In this document: in pieces, positions 8,136 through 16,482 of the stretch
Layout: the number at the start of each line of letters is the position of its first letter
How positions within the stretch are numbered: position 1 is the stretch's first letter
Assembly: GCA_016199805.1 (NCBI GenBank)
Contig: JACQGC010000013.1
Span: forward strand, 1-51,826
Direction: 5' to 3'
Origin: Candidatus Nomurabacteria bacterium
GTDB taxonomy: Bacteria > Patescibacteriota > Minisyncoccia > Phycocordibacterales > UBA9973
Length of the DNA: 51,826 bases
Notes under the pieces: model-generated
Databases searched by the model: none
Told to the model about the DNA's origin: nothing
The model's input: only the letters and a program-made list of their open reading frames with translations
Translations under genes and position numbers: made by a program

Positions 8136-9037
8136 AAATAGCAATAATAGGTTTGGGGAAAATGGGGAAGCAGATTGCGAGAAAACTTCACGAAAGTGGG
8201 CACTCTGTCATCGCGCACAACCGAAGCAGAGAGTCAGTGGATGATATGGCGGCCCTTGGTATGACGCCCGCTTACACAAGAGAAGACGTCGTAAAATCAT
8301 TCGGTAGAGAGCCAGTGATACTTTGGATAATGGTTCCATCCGACGCCGTAGACCAAGAACTGGCTGAATGGCTGAAAATTGTGCCAAAGAAAAGTATTTT
8401 GATAGACGGAGGCAATTCTGATTTTCGTTTGACGAAGAAACGCGCAGAATTCGTTTCGAAAAATGGTTCGATTCTCCTGGATATAGGCACCAGCGGCGGA
8501 GTGTGGGGTTACCAGAACGGTTTTTGCATGATGGCGGGCGGGGACAAAGAAGCTTTTAGAGCTGTTGAATCTGTTTTAAAAACACTTTCATTGCCCTCTG
8601 GTACGTATCACCATTTCGGAGAATCCGGTTCGGGCCACTATGTAAAAATGACTCACAATGCAATTGAGTATGGAATAATGGAATCCTTGGCAGAAGGATA
8701 TAGAATCTTAAAGGAAGGTCCTTATCAAAATCTTGATTTGGCGGCGGCGGGTGAAGTCTGGCAACATCATAGCGTCATTACTTCTTGGTTAAATGAGCTT
8801 ACGAAAGACGCCATAAAAGAAAATCCGCAACTGGAAGGAGTCAACGGCAAAGTCGCCGAATCAGGCGAAGCGCGCTGGGCCTTGGAAGTGGCCAGAGATT
8901 TTAAAATAGAAACTCCGTCCATTCAATCCGCGTTTGATGTGCGGCTGGCATCCCAAAAAGGAAATGTAAACTTTGCAACTAAATTACTCGCCCTGATGCG
9001 TAATGCTTTTGGTGGACACAAAATTAATGAAAAATAA
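8132..9037 (+). CDS. gnd: 6-phosphogluconate dehydrogenase (decarboxylating), short ~300-aa form
   Basis: MKIAIIGLGKMGKQIA Rossmann N-terminus. GGNS, SGGVWG and GSGHYVKMTHNAIEYG motifs. ATGA overlap with pgl. Confidence 0.85.
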   Translation: MKIAIIGLGKMGKQIARKLHESGHSVIAHNRSRESVDDMAALGMTPAYTREDVVKSFGREPVILWIMVPSDAVDQELAEWLKIVPKKSILIDGGNSDFRLTKKRAEFVSKNGSILLDIGTSGGVWGYQNGFCMMAGGDKEAFRAVESVLKTLSLPSGTYHHFGESGSGHYVKMTHNAIEYGIMESLAEGYRILKEGPYQNLDLAAAGEVWQHHSVITSWLNELTKDAIKENPQLEGVNGKVAESGEARWALEVARDFKIETPSIQSAFDVRLASQKGNVNFATKLLALMRNAFGGHKINEK

Positions 9038-10064
9038 TACGGCAAACTACATAATTTTTGGCGCTTCTGGCGATTTAGCCAGACGTTATTTGTTGCCGGC
9101 CATTGAAAATTTGCAGAACACAAATGACGTGGGCACTGTCACGCTCGTGTCCCGCCGGGATTATGAAAATTTAAAAAATCTCATTATTGGAGATAATGAA
9201 AAAATTTTTCACTTAGCAATCCCACCCACCGGAGTGCCTTATGCTATCGAAGTAATCAGTAAAGCTTTCGGCCGGGAAAATATAAAAATAATGCTGGAAA
9301 AACCTTTTGGCAATGATTTAAAATCCGCAGAGGCGCTGATAGAGCATATCGATAAATATTTTTCCGAGAATCAAATTTATCGAATTGACCATTACTTAGC
9401 CAAACAATCTTTGCAAAATATTGCAAGTGGAGAATTCGAAAGAAGTGACATTGCCAAGATAGAAATCGTTGCCAGTGAAAAAATAGATATCGAGGGTAGG
9501 GCTGATTTTTATGAGCAAACCGGGGCCTTGAAAGATTTTGTGCAGAGCCATCTCTTGGAAATGGCAGCGGTGTTCCTATCCGGTTCGTTTGAATCCATAA
9601 AACGATATAAAGCCCTAAAGGACTTGGAGATTGTGTGCGATGCGAGCAAACATGAATGTGTCAAAAGAGGCCAATATACAGGCTACCGCGCAGAAGTGGG
9701 CAATGACAAGAGCATGACCGAAACGTTTGTCTCCATAAATATTATTTCAAAATCGCCGGCCTGGCGGGGGATACCAATAACCTTGACCACCGGCAAGGCC
9801 CTGGCAGAGAAATTTACTGAAATAAAAATCAAATATAAAAACGGTCAAGACAAAATATTTAAAATAGAGCATGAGCCGGACACGTATGAAAGGGTGATGC
9901 GAGAAGCAATAGCAGGGAAACATGATTTTTTTGTTTCCAGTGGTGAAATATTAGAGTCCTGGAGAATCCTGGACAACATCCAAAAAACTTGGGAAAAAAA
10001 CGGGGACGATTTAATCATTTACCCCAAAGGAAGTTCCGTCGAAGAAGTGATGAACATAAAATAA
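9027..10064 (+). CDS. zwf: glucose-6-phosphate dehydrogenase, unusually short (345 aa)
   Basis: IIFGASGDLARRYLLPA, EKPFGNDL and YRIDHYLAKQ motifs. Start placed at the MKNNTANY ATG, with an 11-nt overlap with gnd. Confidence 0.8.
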   Translation: MKNNTANYIIFGASGDLARRYLLPAIENLQNTNDVGTVTLVSRRDYENLKNLIIGDNEKIFHLAIPPTGVPYAIEVISKAFGRENIKIMLEKPFGNDLKSAEALIEHIDKYFSENQIYRIDHYLAKQSLQNIASGEFERSDIAKIEIVASEKIDIEGRADFYEQTGALKDFVQSHLLEMAAVFLSGSFESIKRYKALKDLEIVCDASKHECVKRGQYTGYRAEVGNDKSMTETFVSINIISKSPAWRGIPITLTTGKALAEKFTEIKIKYKNGQDKIFKIEHEPDTYERVMREAIAGKHDFFVSSGEILESWRILDNIQKTWEKNGDDLIIYPKGSSVEEVMNIK

Positions 10065-10065
10065 T

Positions 10066-10482
10066 ATGTCGCCACAGGAAGCTTACAATGAATTGGCCTT
10101 GTACACCCTCTCAAAAGGGGACAGCAACTTTATTCATCAATATATTGTGGACGCATTTTGCGCGCAGAATGCAAACGAAAACACCAAACCCGTCGCCATT
10201 ACTTTTGCTTTGGTTGGCTTGTATTTACATCTAGAAAAAAATTACACAGGCAGGGAAGTGCAGTTGGCGCACATAAAATTGGCCGAAAAGCGTAAAGAAT
10301 GGATAAAATTTGATATTCCGAAAGACACAGGTGGTATAATAGTATTTGACGTATTAAAAGCTAAAGAAGGAGACGATAGAGACAATATGATAAACAAATG
10401 GTCGGTATCTGTTTGGCAAGCATACAAAGGGAGCCATAGTAAGGTTGCGAACTGCGTAAGAACCGTTCTTGCGCAGTTGTAA
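10066..10482 (+). CDS. hypothetical protein
   Basis: 138-aa ORF beginning 1 nt after the zwf stop. The last 10 codons are encoded by the REP-like hairpin at 10450-10478. Confidence 0.6.
   Translation: MSPQEAYNELALYTLSKGDSNFIHQYIVDAFCAQNANENTKPVAITFALVGLYLHLEKNYTGREVQLAHIKLAEKRKEWIKFDIPKDTGGIIVFDVLKAKEGDDRDNMINKWSVSVWQAYKGSHSKVANCVRTVLAQL
10450..10478. repeat. REP-like palindrome, copy 1
   Basis: AACTGCGTAAGAAC-C-GTTCTTGCGCAGTT, with one mismatch in the stem. Closely related to the copy at 11175-11203. Confidence 0.6.
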
Positions 10483-10503
10483 TTATTTTTTTATAATACA
10501 AAA

Positions 10504-11172
10504 ATGTTTCGCAAGGATCCATTTATTACAGGCGAATATTATCATATATATAATCGCGGAGTTGATAAGCGAGTAATTTTTAAAGCCTCTAAAGACTATG
10601 AGCGATTTATGATGCTTTTATATCTTGCTAACTCAGAAGAGTCTTTTCGTTTAGAAGAAATTTTAAGCAGGCAGCATAAAACATTTGATGAAATATTGGT
10701 TTTAGAAAAAAGTGAGCCTATTGTTTCGATAGGTGCTTGGTGTTTAATGCCAAATCACTTTCATATGTTAATAAGACAAGAAGTTGATGGAGGAATTACT
10801 AAATTTATGAGAAAATTAGGCGTAGGGTATTCAATGTTTTTTAATATAAAATACAAAAGAATGGGTGCTTTATTCGGTGGATTGTTCAAATCAAAATTGA
10901 TTGGAGTTGATGACAATTACATGAGACAGTTATTTGGGTATATTCACATCAACCCCTTGGAATTAAAATTCCCTGAGTGGAAAGATAAGATTAGTAAACC
11001 TTCTATTGAAATGAGAGATTTCTTAGAATCATATCGATATTCCAGCTATTTGGATTATCTTGGAAAAAATAGAGTAGAAAACAATATAATTAAAGTTGAA
11101 AAATTTCCGGATTATTTTCAAGGTCATCAAGAATTTAAAGATTTCGTCGAGAATTACTTTAAAGAAACATAA
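10504..11172 (+). CDS. REP-associated tyrosine transposase-like (RayT / IS200-like Y1 transposase family)
   Basis: 222 aa. YHIYNRG..., WCLMPNHFHMLI (HUH motif) and a later Y-containing helix. Flanked by two similar palindromes. TATAAT (10492-10497) lies 6 nt before the ATG. Confidence 0.8.
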   Translation: MFRKDPFITGEYYHIYNRGVDKRVIFKASKDYERFMMLLYLANSEESFRLEEILSRQHKTFDEILVLEKSEPIVSIGAWCLMPNHFHMLIRQEVDGGITKFMRKLGVGYSMFFNIKYKRMGALFGGLFKSKLIGVDDNYMRQLFGYIHINPLELKFPEWKDKISKPSIEMRDFLESYRYSSYLDYLGKNRVENNIIKVEKFPDYFQGHQEFKDFVENYFKET

Positions 11173-11174
11173 GA

Positions 11175-11203
11175 AACTGCACGAGAACGGTTCTCGTGCA
11201 GTT
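11175..11203. repeat. REP-like palindrome, copy 2
   Basis: AACTGCACGAGAAC-G-GTTCTCGTGCAGTT, a perfect 14-bp stem beginning 3 nt after the transposase stop. Confidence 0.6.
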
Positions 11204-11243
11204 GATTCTATTCATTGTTTAAAATCTTTGTTATAATAAATTT

Positions 11244-11678
11244 ATGCAAAAAGGAGTTGATTATCCGGCGGTCGCTGTGGGATACCTGGTCCATGACGGA
11301 AAAGGTAATTTTCTTTTTAATAAACGGAGCGTAAATTGCAGGGACGAGCATGGTACTTGGGATTTTGGTGGAGGCGGCTTGGATTTTGGGATGTCGGTTG
11401 AAGGAGTAATGTTGAAAGAGCTGAAAGAAGAGTATTGTGTTGAACCAATTTCATATGAATTTCTGGGGTACGAGGATTTATTCAGAGAAATGAATGGCGC
11501 AAAAACACATTGGATTTTGATTGATTTTCTGGTTTTAGTAGACCGCAACAAAGTGAAAAATGGTGAACCGCACAAATTTGATGAGCTTGATTGGTTTCGT
11601 TTAGACAAACTACCATCGCCATTGCATTCTTCAGTACCGGGAATTTTAAAAAAATTTAAAGATAAATTAAAAATTTAA
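11244..11678 (+). CDS. NUDIX hydrolase
   Basis: Nudix box GGGLDFGMSVEGVMLKELKEEYCV. TATAAT (11232-11237) lies 6 nt before the ATG. Confidence 0.85.
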   Translation: MQKGVDYPAVAVGYLVHDGKGNFLFNKRSVNCRDEHGTWDFGGGGLDFGMSVEGVMLKELKEEYCVEPISYEFLGYEDLFREMNGAKTHWILIDFLVLVDRNKVKNGEPHKFDELDWFRLDKLPSPLHSSVPGILKKFKDKLKI

Positions 11679-11685
11679 AATAATT

Positions 11686-12180
11686 ATGGACATTCCAGAA
11701 TTCGGAATCAAAAGAGAAAACGAGGAACGACGGGACGGGGGTTGCGGGGTTGTTTTTGACCCTGCGACTCAATTATATGCCGTGGGTGAGGATGAGATTG
11801 GGCGACTCCGTCTATTTTCCGGAGGCGTAAATCCGGGTGAAGATATCAAGGATGGCGTTTTGCGAGAAGTAAGAGAAGAAAGCGGACTTTATGATTTTGA
11901 ATATGTCGAAAAAATCGCCGAGGCTTTGTGCCATTTTCATAATACTTTGAAAAATGTGGACCGGGTTGCATATGCGACTTGTTTCCTAGTGATATTGAAA
12001 AGCGCTAAATTAGTGCCCACAGAGCTCGAAGAACACGAGAAATTTGTACTGGTATGGAAGACTCCGGAAGAAATTATGAAGGATTGGGAGCTCCGAAATG
12101 GACAAAAAGATTTAGACCACTGGGTTTATTTTTTCAAGAAATCTATCGAGCGCATAAAGGAATTGGGTTATATAAAATAA
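11686..12180 (+). CDS. NUDIX hydrolase
   Basis: Nudix box GGVNPGEDIKDGVLREVREESGL. Confidence 0.8.
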   Translation: MDIPEFGIKRENEERRDGGCGVVFDPATQLYAVGEDEIGRLRLFSGGVNPGEDIKDGVLREVREESGLYDFEYVEKIAEALCHFHNTLKNVDRVAYATCFLVILKSAKLVPTELEEHEKFVLVWKTPEEIMKDWELRNGQKDLDHWVYFFKKSIERIKELGYIK

Positions 12181-12183
12181 ATT

Positions 12184-12211
12184 TTGCAAAGCTAAAAAAC
12201 AGTAGTATAAT
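12184..12211 (+). promoter_or_regulatory. promoter TTGCAA-N16-TATAAT, -10 ends 5 nt before the ATG at 12217
   Basis: TTGCAAagctaaaaaacagtagTATAATacggcATG. Confidence 0.55.
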
Positions 12212-12216
12212 ACGGC

Positions 12217-13959
12217 ATGTTAATTTTTTATCATTATTTAAAACGATATTGGAAACTTTGTGTTTTGGTTGTCATCCTCGCTTCTGTCAACCAGGTTTTT
12301 TCCCTGCTTGACCCCATTATTTTCCGCCATGTCATAGATGATTACGCTACCAAGTTTGATTTATTTACTCTCGCGCAATTTTTGAAAGGAGTTTCTTTTC
12401 TTCTTTTGCTCGCCGTCGGCGCGGCTTTTATTTCCCGTGTCGCCAAGAACTTTCAGGATTATTATCTGAATACAGTCACCCAGCGCCTCGGCGCCAAGAT
12501 ATACAACGACGGCGTGCAGCATTCGCTCGCTCTGCCATACGCCGTGTTTGAAGACCAGCGTAGCGGGGAGACGCTCGGCACATTGCAAAATGTACGTTTG
12601 TCTAGCGAGACATTTATCACGTCTTTTATAAACGTATTTTTTGTTTCCTTGATTGGATTTGTATTCGTCACCATTTACGCCATCCGTATATATCTCGGCG
12701 TGGCGCTCGTCTTTGCTCTCACCATACCCATCATCGGCATTGTCAGTTATGTGTTGACCAGCCGGGTAAAGAAAATTCAGAAAATAATTTTGGGCGAAAC
12801 TACCGGCCTGGCCGGAGCCACCACGGAGTCCTTGCGGAACATTGAACTGGTAAAAAGTCTCGGACTTGTGGACCAAGAAATCCTGCGACTAAACACCACT
12901 ACCGATAAAATTCTGGCTCTGGAACTGAAAAAGCTCCGATACATACGCAGCATCAGCTTTGTGCAGGGAACGCTCATAAACCTTTTACGGACGAGCATAC
13001 TGGCATTTCTTTTGTACTTGGTATTTGCGCGTGCCATCACTTTCGGACAATTTTTCTCCCTTTACATATATTCTTTCTTTATTTTTGGACCCCTGCAGGA
13101 ACTGGGCACTGTCATAAACAATTACCGTGACGCACAGGTGGCGCTTATAAAATTCAAAGACATTATGTCTGCGCCGATAGAGCCGACACCTCTTCACGCT
13201 AAAGATATCCAAAAGATAAACTCTCTCCAGTTTAAAAATGTAAGTTTCAAATACAGCAGCGCGGACAGGCCAGCTCTTAAAGGCATTTCATTTGATGCGC
13301 GCGCCGGAGAAACGATAGCCTTCGTGGGACCTTCGGGTGCCGGCAAGACTTCCTTGGTAAAATTGTTGGTTGGTCTATATGAGCCCAAGGAGGGAGAAGT
13401 TTTGTATAACAATATAACTACTCAAGAATTGAATTTGAATATTTTGCGCGCGCAATTTGGCTTTGTCACCCAAGACACACAGCTCTTCGCCGGGTCCATC
13501 AAAGAAAACTTACTTTTCGTCAATCCCAATGCCACCGATGCGGAATGCTTGGATGCCCTGCAAAAAAGCGCTGCAAATTCTCTCCTTGAAAGAGCAGACA
13601 AAGGCATAGACACACTCATCGGTGAAGGCGGGGTGAAAGTTTCCGGCGGAGAAAAGCAACGCCTGTCTATAGCCCGCGCGCTGTTGCGCAAACCGACAAT
13701 TTTAATTTTTGACGAAGCGACTTCATCGCTGGATTCCATCACCGAAGAAGAAATTACAAAGACGATTCGTGATGTATCTACAGGAGTATCCAGAATCACA
13801 GTGCTCATAGCCCACAGACTTTCCACCATCATGCATGCAACAAGAATCTATGTATTGGAAAAAGGGCAAATCACCGAAGTAGGCACCCACGAAGAACTCT
13901 TAGCCAAAAAAGGTCTGTACTATGCAATGTGGCGCCAGCAAATAGGGGAGAGGATATAA
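12217..13959 (+). CDS. ABC transporter, fused permease/ATPase (MsbA-like exporter)
   Basis: 580 aa. Six-TM N-terminal half. Walker A GPSGAGKTS, signature SGGEKQR, Walker B ILIFDEATS, H-loop AHRLST. Confidence 0.9.
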   Translation: MLIFYHYLKRYWKLCVLVVILASVNQVFSLLDPIIFRHVIDDYATKFDLFTLAQFLKGVSFLLLLAVGAAFISRVAKNFQDYYLNTVTQRLGAKIYNDGVQHSLALPYAVFEDQRSGETLGTLQNVRLSSETFITSFINVFFVSLIGFVFVTIYAIRIYLGVALVFALTIPIIGIVSYVLTSRVKKIQKIILGETTGLAGATTESLRNIELVKSLGLVDQEILRLNTTTDKILALELKKLRYIRSISFVQGTLINLLRTSILAFLLYLVFARAITFGQFFSLYIYSFFIFGPLQELGTVINNYRDAQVALIKFKDIMSAPIEPTPLHAKDIQKINSLQFKNVSFKYSSADRPALKGISFDARAGETIAFVGPSGAGKTSLVKLLVGLYEPKEGEVLYNNITTQELNLNILRAQFGFVTQDTQLFAGSIKENLLFVNPNATDAECLDALQKSAANSLLERADKGIDTLIGEGGVKVSGGEKQRLSIARALLRKPTILIFDEATSSLDSITEEEITKTIRDVSTGVSRITVLIAHRLSTIMHATRIYVLEKGQITEVGTHEELLAKKGLYYAMWRQQIGERI

Positions 13960-13995
13960 AATATCTTTATAATATTGAGTTTCCTGCTATTTTAC

Positions 13996-14025
13996 TTGAC
14001 AAAATCACTTTTGGCATGCTATAAT
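13996..14025 (+). promoter_or_regulatory. near-consensus sigma70 promoter of GC-rich unit D
   Basis: TTGACA (13996-14001), N18, TGcTATAAT (-10 at 14020-14025). AAGGAGA Shine-Dalgarno about 7 nt before the ATG at 14076. Confidence 0.6.
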
Positions 14026-14075
14026 TCACAAGAATTCAGACGCAATAAATTCAGTTCATCACAAGGAGAAGTTAG

Positions 14076-14534
14076 ATGGTAGCCAACTTGATTATCGGAA
14101 CCGTGGCCGGGTTCGTCCTGGTCATCGACCCCAACAACGAAAAGGGTAAGCGCGAGCGCATCGAGTACAATGATGCCGTCGAAATGAACACCAAACAGCA
14201 CGGCATCTGGCTCGAAGAGGTGCGACGCTTCAACGCTGATACCAAGAACTACGACATGATGGTGATGCAGTTCTTCACACAGTACAAGCGTGAAGACAAC
14301 GGCATTATCACCGAAGAGGAAGGGTTCTCCCAGTCCGGCGATGTTAAGGTCGGCGACGCCACCCATATCGCAAGTTGCGGTTGCGGTAAGACCTCGTGGT
14401 TTAAGATTAACAAGGACTCTGGTGCCTATCTCACCGGCAAATACACCTGCGAAGACTGCGGCGACAAAGAGGATAGGGAAGACAGTCGCTACGATCGCAC
14501 CAACTACGACGGGAGCCAGGAGCGGGAGTATTAG
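14076..14534 (+). CDS. hypothetical small membrane-anchored Cys protein (GC-rich unit D)
   Basis: 152 aa. N-terminal hydrophobic MVANLIIGTVAGFVLVI. CGCGK...CEDCG zinc-ribbon-like pairs. Strong G/C-ending codon bias. Own promoter, Shine-Dalgarno and terminator. Confidence 0.5.
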   Translation: MVANLIIGTVAGFVLVIDPNNEKGKRERIEYNDAVEMNTKQHGIWLEEVRRFNADTKNYDMMVMQFFTQYKREDNGIITEEEGFSQSGDVKVGDATHIASCGCGKTSWFKINKDSGAYLTGKYTCEDCGDKEDREDSRYDRTNYDGSQEREY

Positions 14535-14562
14535 ATTCCACTTCTCGGCGACAGCCAATCAC

Positions 14563-14610
14563 AATCCGCTCTTCACGGCAAAGAATCCGTGAGGGGCGGA
14601 TTTTTTGTTT
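14563..14610 (+). terminator. intrinsic terminator of unit D
   Basis: AATCCGC..TCACGG..CCGTGA..GCGGATT is a long imperfect hairpin, followed by TTTTTTGTTTT. Confidence 0.65.
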
Positions 14611-14850
14611 TATTACAGTATTATCAAACTTGACAGCCGTCACAAAGTGATAATATCCAACATCCCATTTCAGCCATGGCGTAAATGGGGATGGCATAAA
14701 AAATATAGTTTCTACCATCTCGAACATATGTAAAAGATAGTGGAAAATTAAATAACTCATAAATATGCCTTTTTCTTCACAATTCTTTCATATAAGAATT
14801 TCATAATCATTGAGGTTGTAAATTATTATTAATATTTTAATTATTTTTTT

Positions 14851-15360
14851 ATGAGCAACAAAGCGATTATTTGGTTATTAGTTATAATAGTGGTTATTGT
14901 CGGCGGTTATTATTTGCTTATGGGTAATAATAGCTCTTATGTCGAAGAATCGAGTACGCCAAGCTTGGACACTCAGACATCTCCGAGCGCCGCAAGTGAA
15001 AACCCCACCACTCCGGCACCTGCTCCTACTACGCCAGTTGTCACGGTTTCTTCGGACCCTACTCTGGGCAGTTATTTAGTAGCCCCAAACGGAATGACTT
15101 TATACACTTTCAAAAGTGATACTGCTGGCACGAGCACTTGTTATGGAGGATGCTCCACTCTCTGGCCCGCGTATTCTCCTGCAACACCGTTGACAGGAGG
15201 TAACGGTGTTGTGGGAGACCTTTCTACAACTACTCGCACAAACGGCACAGAGCAACTCACCTATAAAGGCATGCCAGTTTACTTTTATAGCAAAGACAAG
15301 AAACCCGGCGACACATACGGACAAAATTTCGGCAAGTTGTGGTTTGTCGTTAAACCATAA
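14851..15360 (+). CDS. secreted COG4315-type (Lipoprotein_15 repeat) protein
   Basis: N-terminal TM/signal segment. MTLYTFKSDTAGTSTCYGGCSTLWPA and GMPVYFYSKDKKPGDTYGQ repeats. Confidence 0.75.
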   Translation: MSNKAIIWLLVIIVVIVGGYYLLMGNNSSYVEESSTPSLDTQTSPSAASENPTTPAPAPTTPVVTVSSDPTLGSYLVAPNGMTLYTFKSDTAGTSTCYGGCSTLWPAYSPATPLTGGNGVVGDLSTTTRTNGTEQLTYKGMPVYFYSKDKKPGDTYGQNFGKLWFVVKP

Positions 15361-15378
15361 TACTGATAGAATGGGAAG

Positions 15379-16479
15379 ATGCTTATAGTAGAACCTATAC
15401 GAAACTGGTATGGCAAATACGAGAGACCAATTTCTTCTCTATCACTCATAGCCGGGTTTGCCTTTGATGCATTTACTTTGCGCAGAGTAGATACTCTTTG
15501 GGAAAACATTTGGATTTTGGGACACCTCATAATTGTGGGCACATTCATAGTACTTATACACGCGCATGAAAGCATCGAAGGTGATGAGAAAAATCCCAGC
15601 AAGGCGCACTTTTGGTATGTGAACATATTGCAGTTTTTCTTCGGAGGAATTCTCTCCACTTATCTGGTTTTTTATTTCCGGAGCGCGGACATTTTTTCCA
15701 CTTGGCCATTTATCTTGGTCCTGGCTTTGGCATTTATAGCCAATGAATCCCTAAAACGCCACTATGTACGTTTTAGTTTTCAGATAAGTTTATTTTTCCT
15801 TTCGGTTTATTCTTTTGCCATTTTTCTGGTGCCGGTTTTGATGCATCAGATAGGTCAAAAAATATTTCTGCTTTCCGGGCTCGCCAGTCTTATCTTCATC
15901 ACAATCTTCACTGTCATTTTGCTTTACGTCATTAAAGATAAATTTAATAAAGACGAAAATGAGAGCAAGAAAATGATTGCACTTCTGATTGTGGGCATCT
16001 TTGGTCTGGTCAATCTTTTATATTTTACAAATCTGATTCCTCCGATTCCGCTTTCTCTCAAAGATGCGGGCATATATCACTCCATCCAAAAAAATGCTGA
16101 TGGGAATTATGATGTTACTTACGAAGACCATGACTGGAGGGAATATTTCAATTTATATCCGGATTTTAATGAAACTCCCGGCTCGCCGGTGTATGCCTTT
16201 AGCGCTATTTTTTCTCCAAAATATTTAAATATTACAGTTGTGCACGAATGGCAGTTTTACGATGAAGCAAAAGGGCAGTGGCAGACAGGTAGTATCGTAA
16301 ATTTACCGGTGATAGGCGGAAGGGATGGGGGATTTAGGACGTATTCCACGAGATATAATTTACAAGCAGGAAAATGGCGAGTCTTGGTAAAAACTCAAGA
16401 TGGGCAAACCATCGGCAGCATAAGATTCAAAATAATACCGACTGACACAGAACCTGTCGTAAAAGACGAAATAAAATAA
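15379..16479 (+). CDS. polytopic membrane protein with C-terminal DUF2914-like domain
   Basis: 366 aa. About 7 TM segments, then WQFYD...GQWQT...GGRDGGFRTYS...GKWRVLVKTQDGQTIGSIRF. TAGAAT (15367-15372) lies 6 nt before the ATG. Confidence 0.65.
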   Translation: MLIVEPIRNWYGKYERPISSLSLIAGFAFDAFTLRRVDTLWENIWILGHLIIVGTFIVLIHAHESIEGDEKNPSKAHFWYVNILQFFFGGILSTYLVFYFRSADIFSTWPFILVLALAFIANESLKRHYVRFSFQISLFFLSVYSFAIFLVPVLMHQIGQKIFLLSGLASLIFITIFTVILLYVIKDKFNKDENESKKMIALLIVGIFGLVNLLYFTNLIPPIPLSLKDAGIYHSIQKNADGNYDVTYEDHDWREYFNLYPDFNETPGSPVYAFSAIFSPKYLNITVVHEWQFYDEAKGQWQTGSIVNLPVIGGRDGGFRTYSTRYNLQAGKWRVLVKTQDGQTIGSIRFKIIPTDTEPVVKDEIK

Positions 16480-16482
16480 AAA

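Noticed and set aside
12361-13832. Several 70-171 aa minus-strand ORFs inside the ABC transporter gene.
   Set aside because: They are antisense shadow ORFs. The plus-strand frame carries unambiguous Walker A, signature and Walker B motifs. The same reasoning was applied to antisense ORFs inside guaC, PBP2, gltX, murG, mraY, pepA, aspS and others.
14019-14558. 179-aa minus-strand ORF antisense to unit D.
   Set aside because: This is a typical shadow ORF in GC-rich DNA. It has no promoter or Shine-Dalgarno sequence, runs through the plus-strand promoter region, and has a low-complexity Val/Ala/Gly composition.
14431-14760. 109-aa minus-strand ORF in the spacer after unit D.
   Set aside because: It reads antisense through the unit D terminator and into the 3' end of its CDS. 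It has no convincing start context and no recognisable domain.
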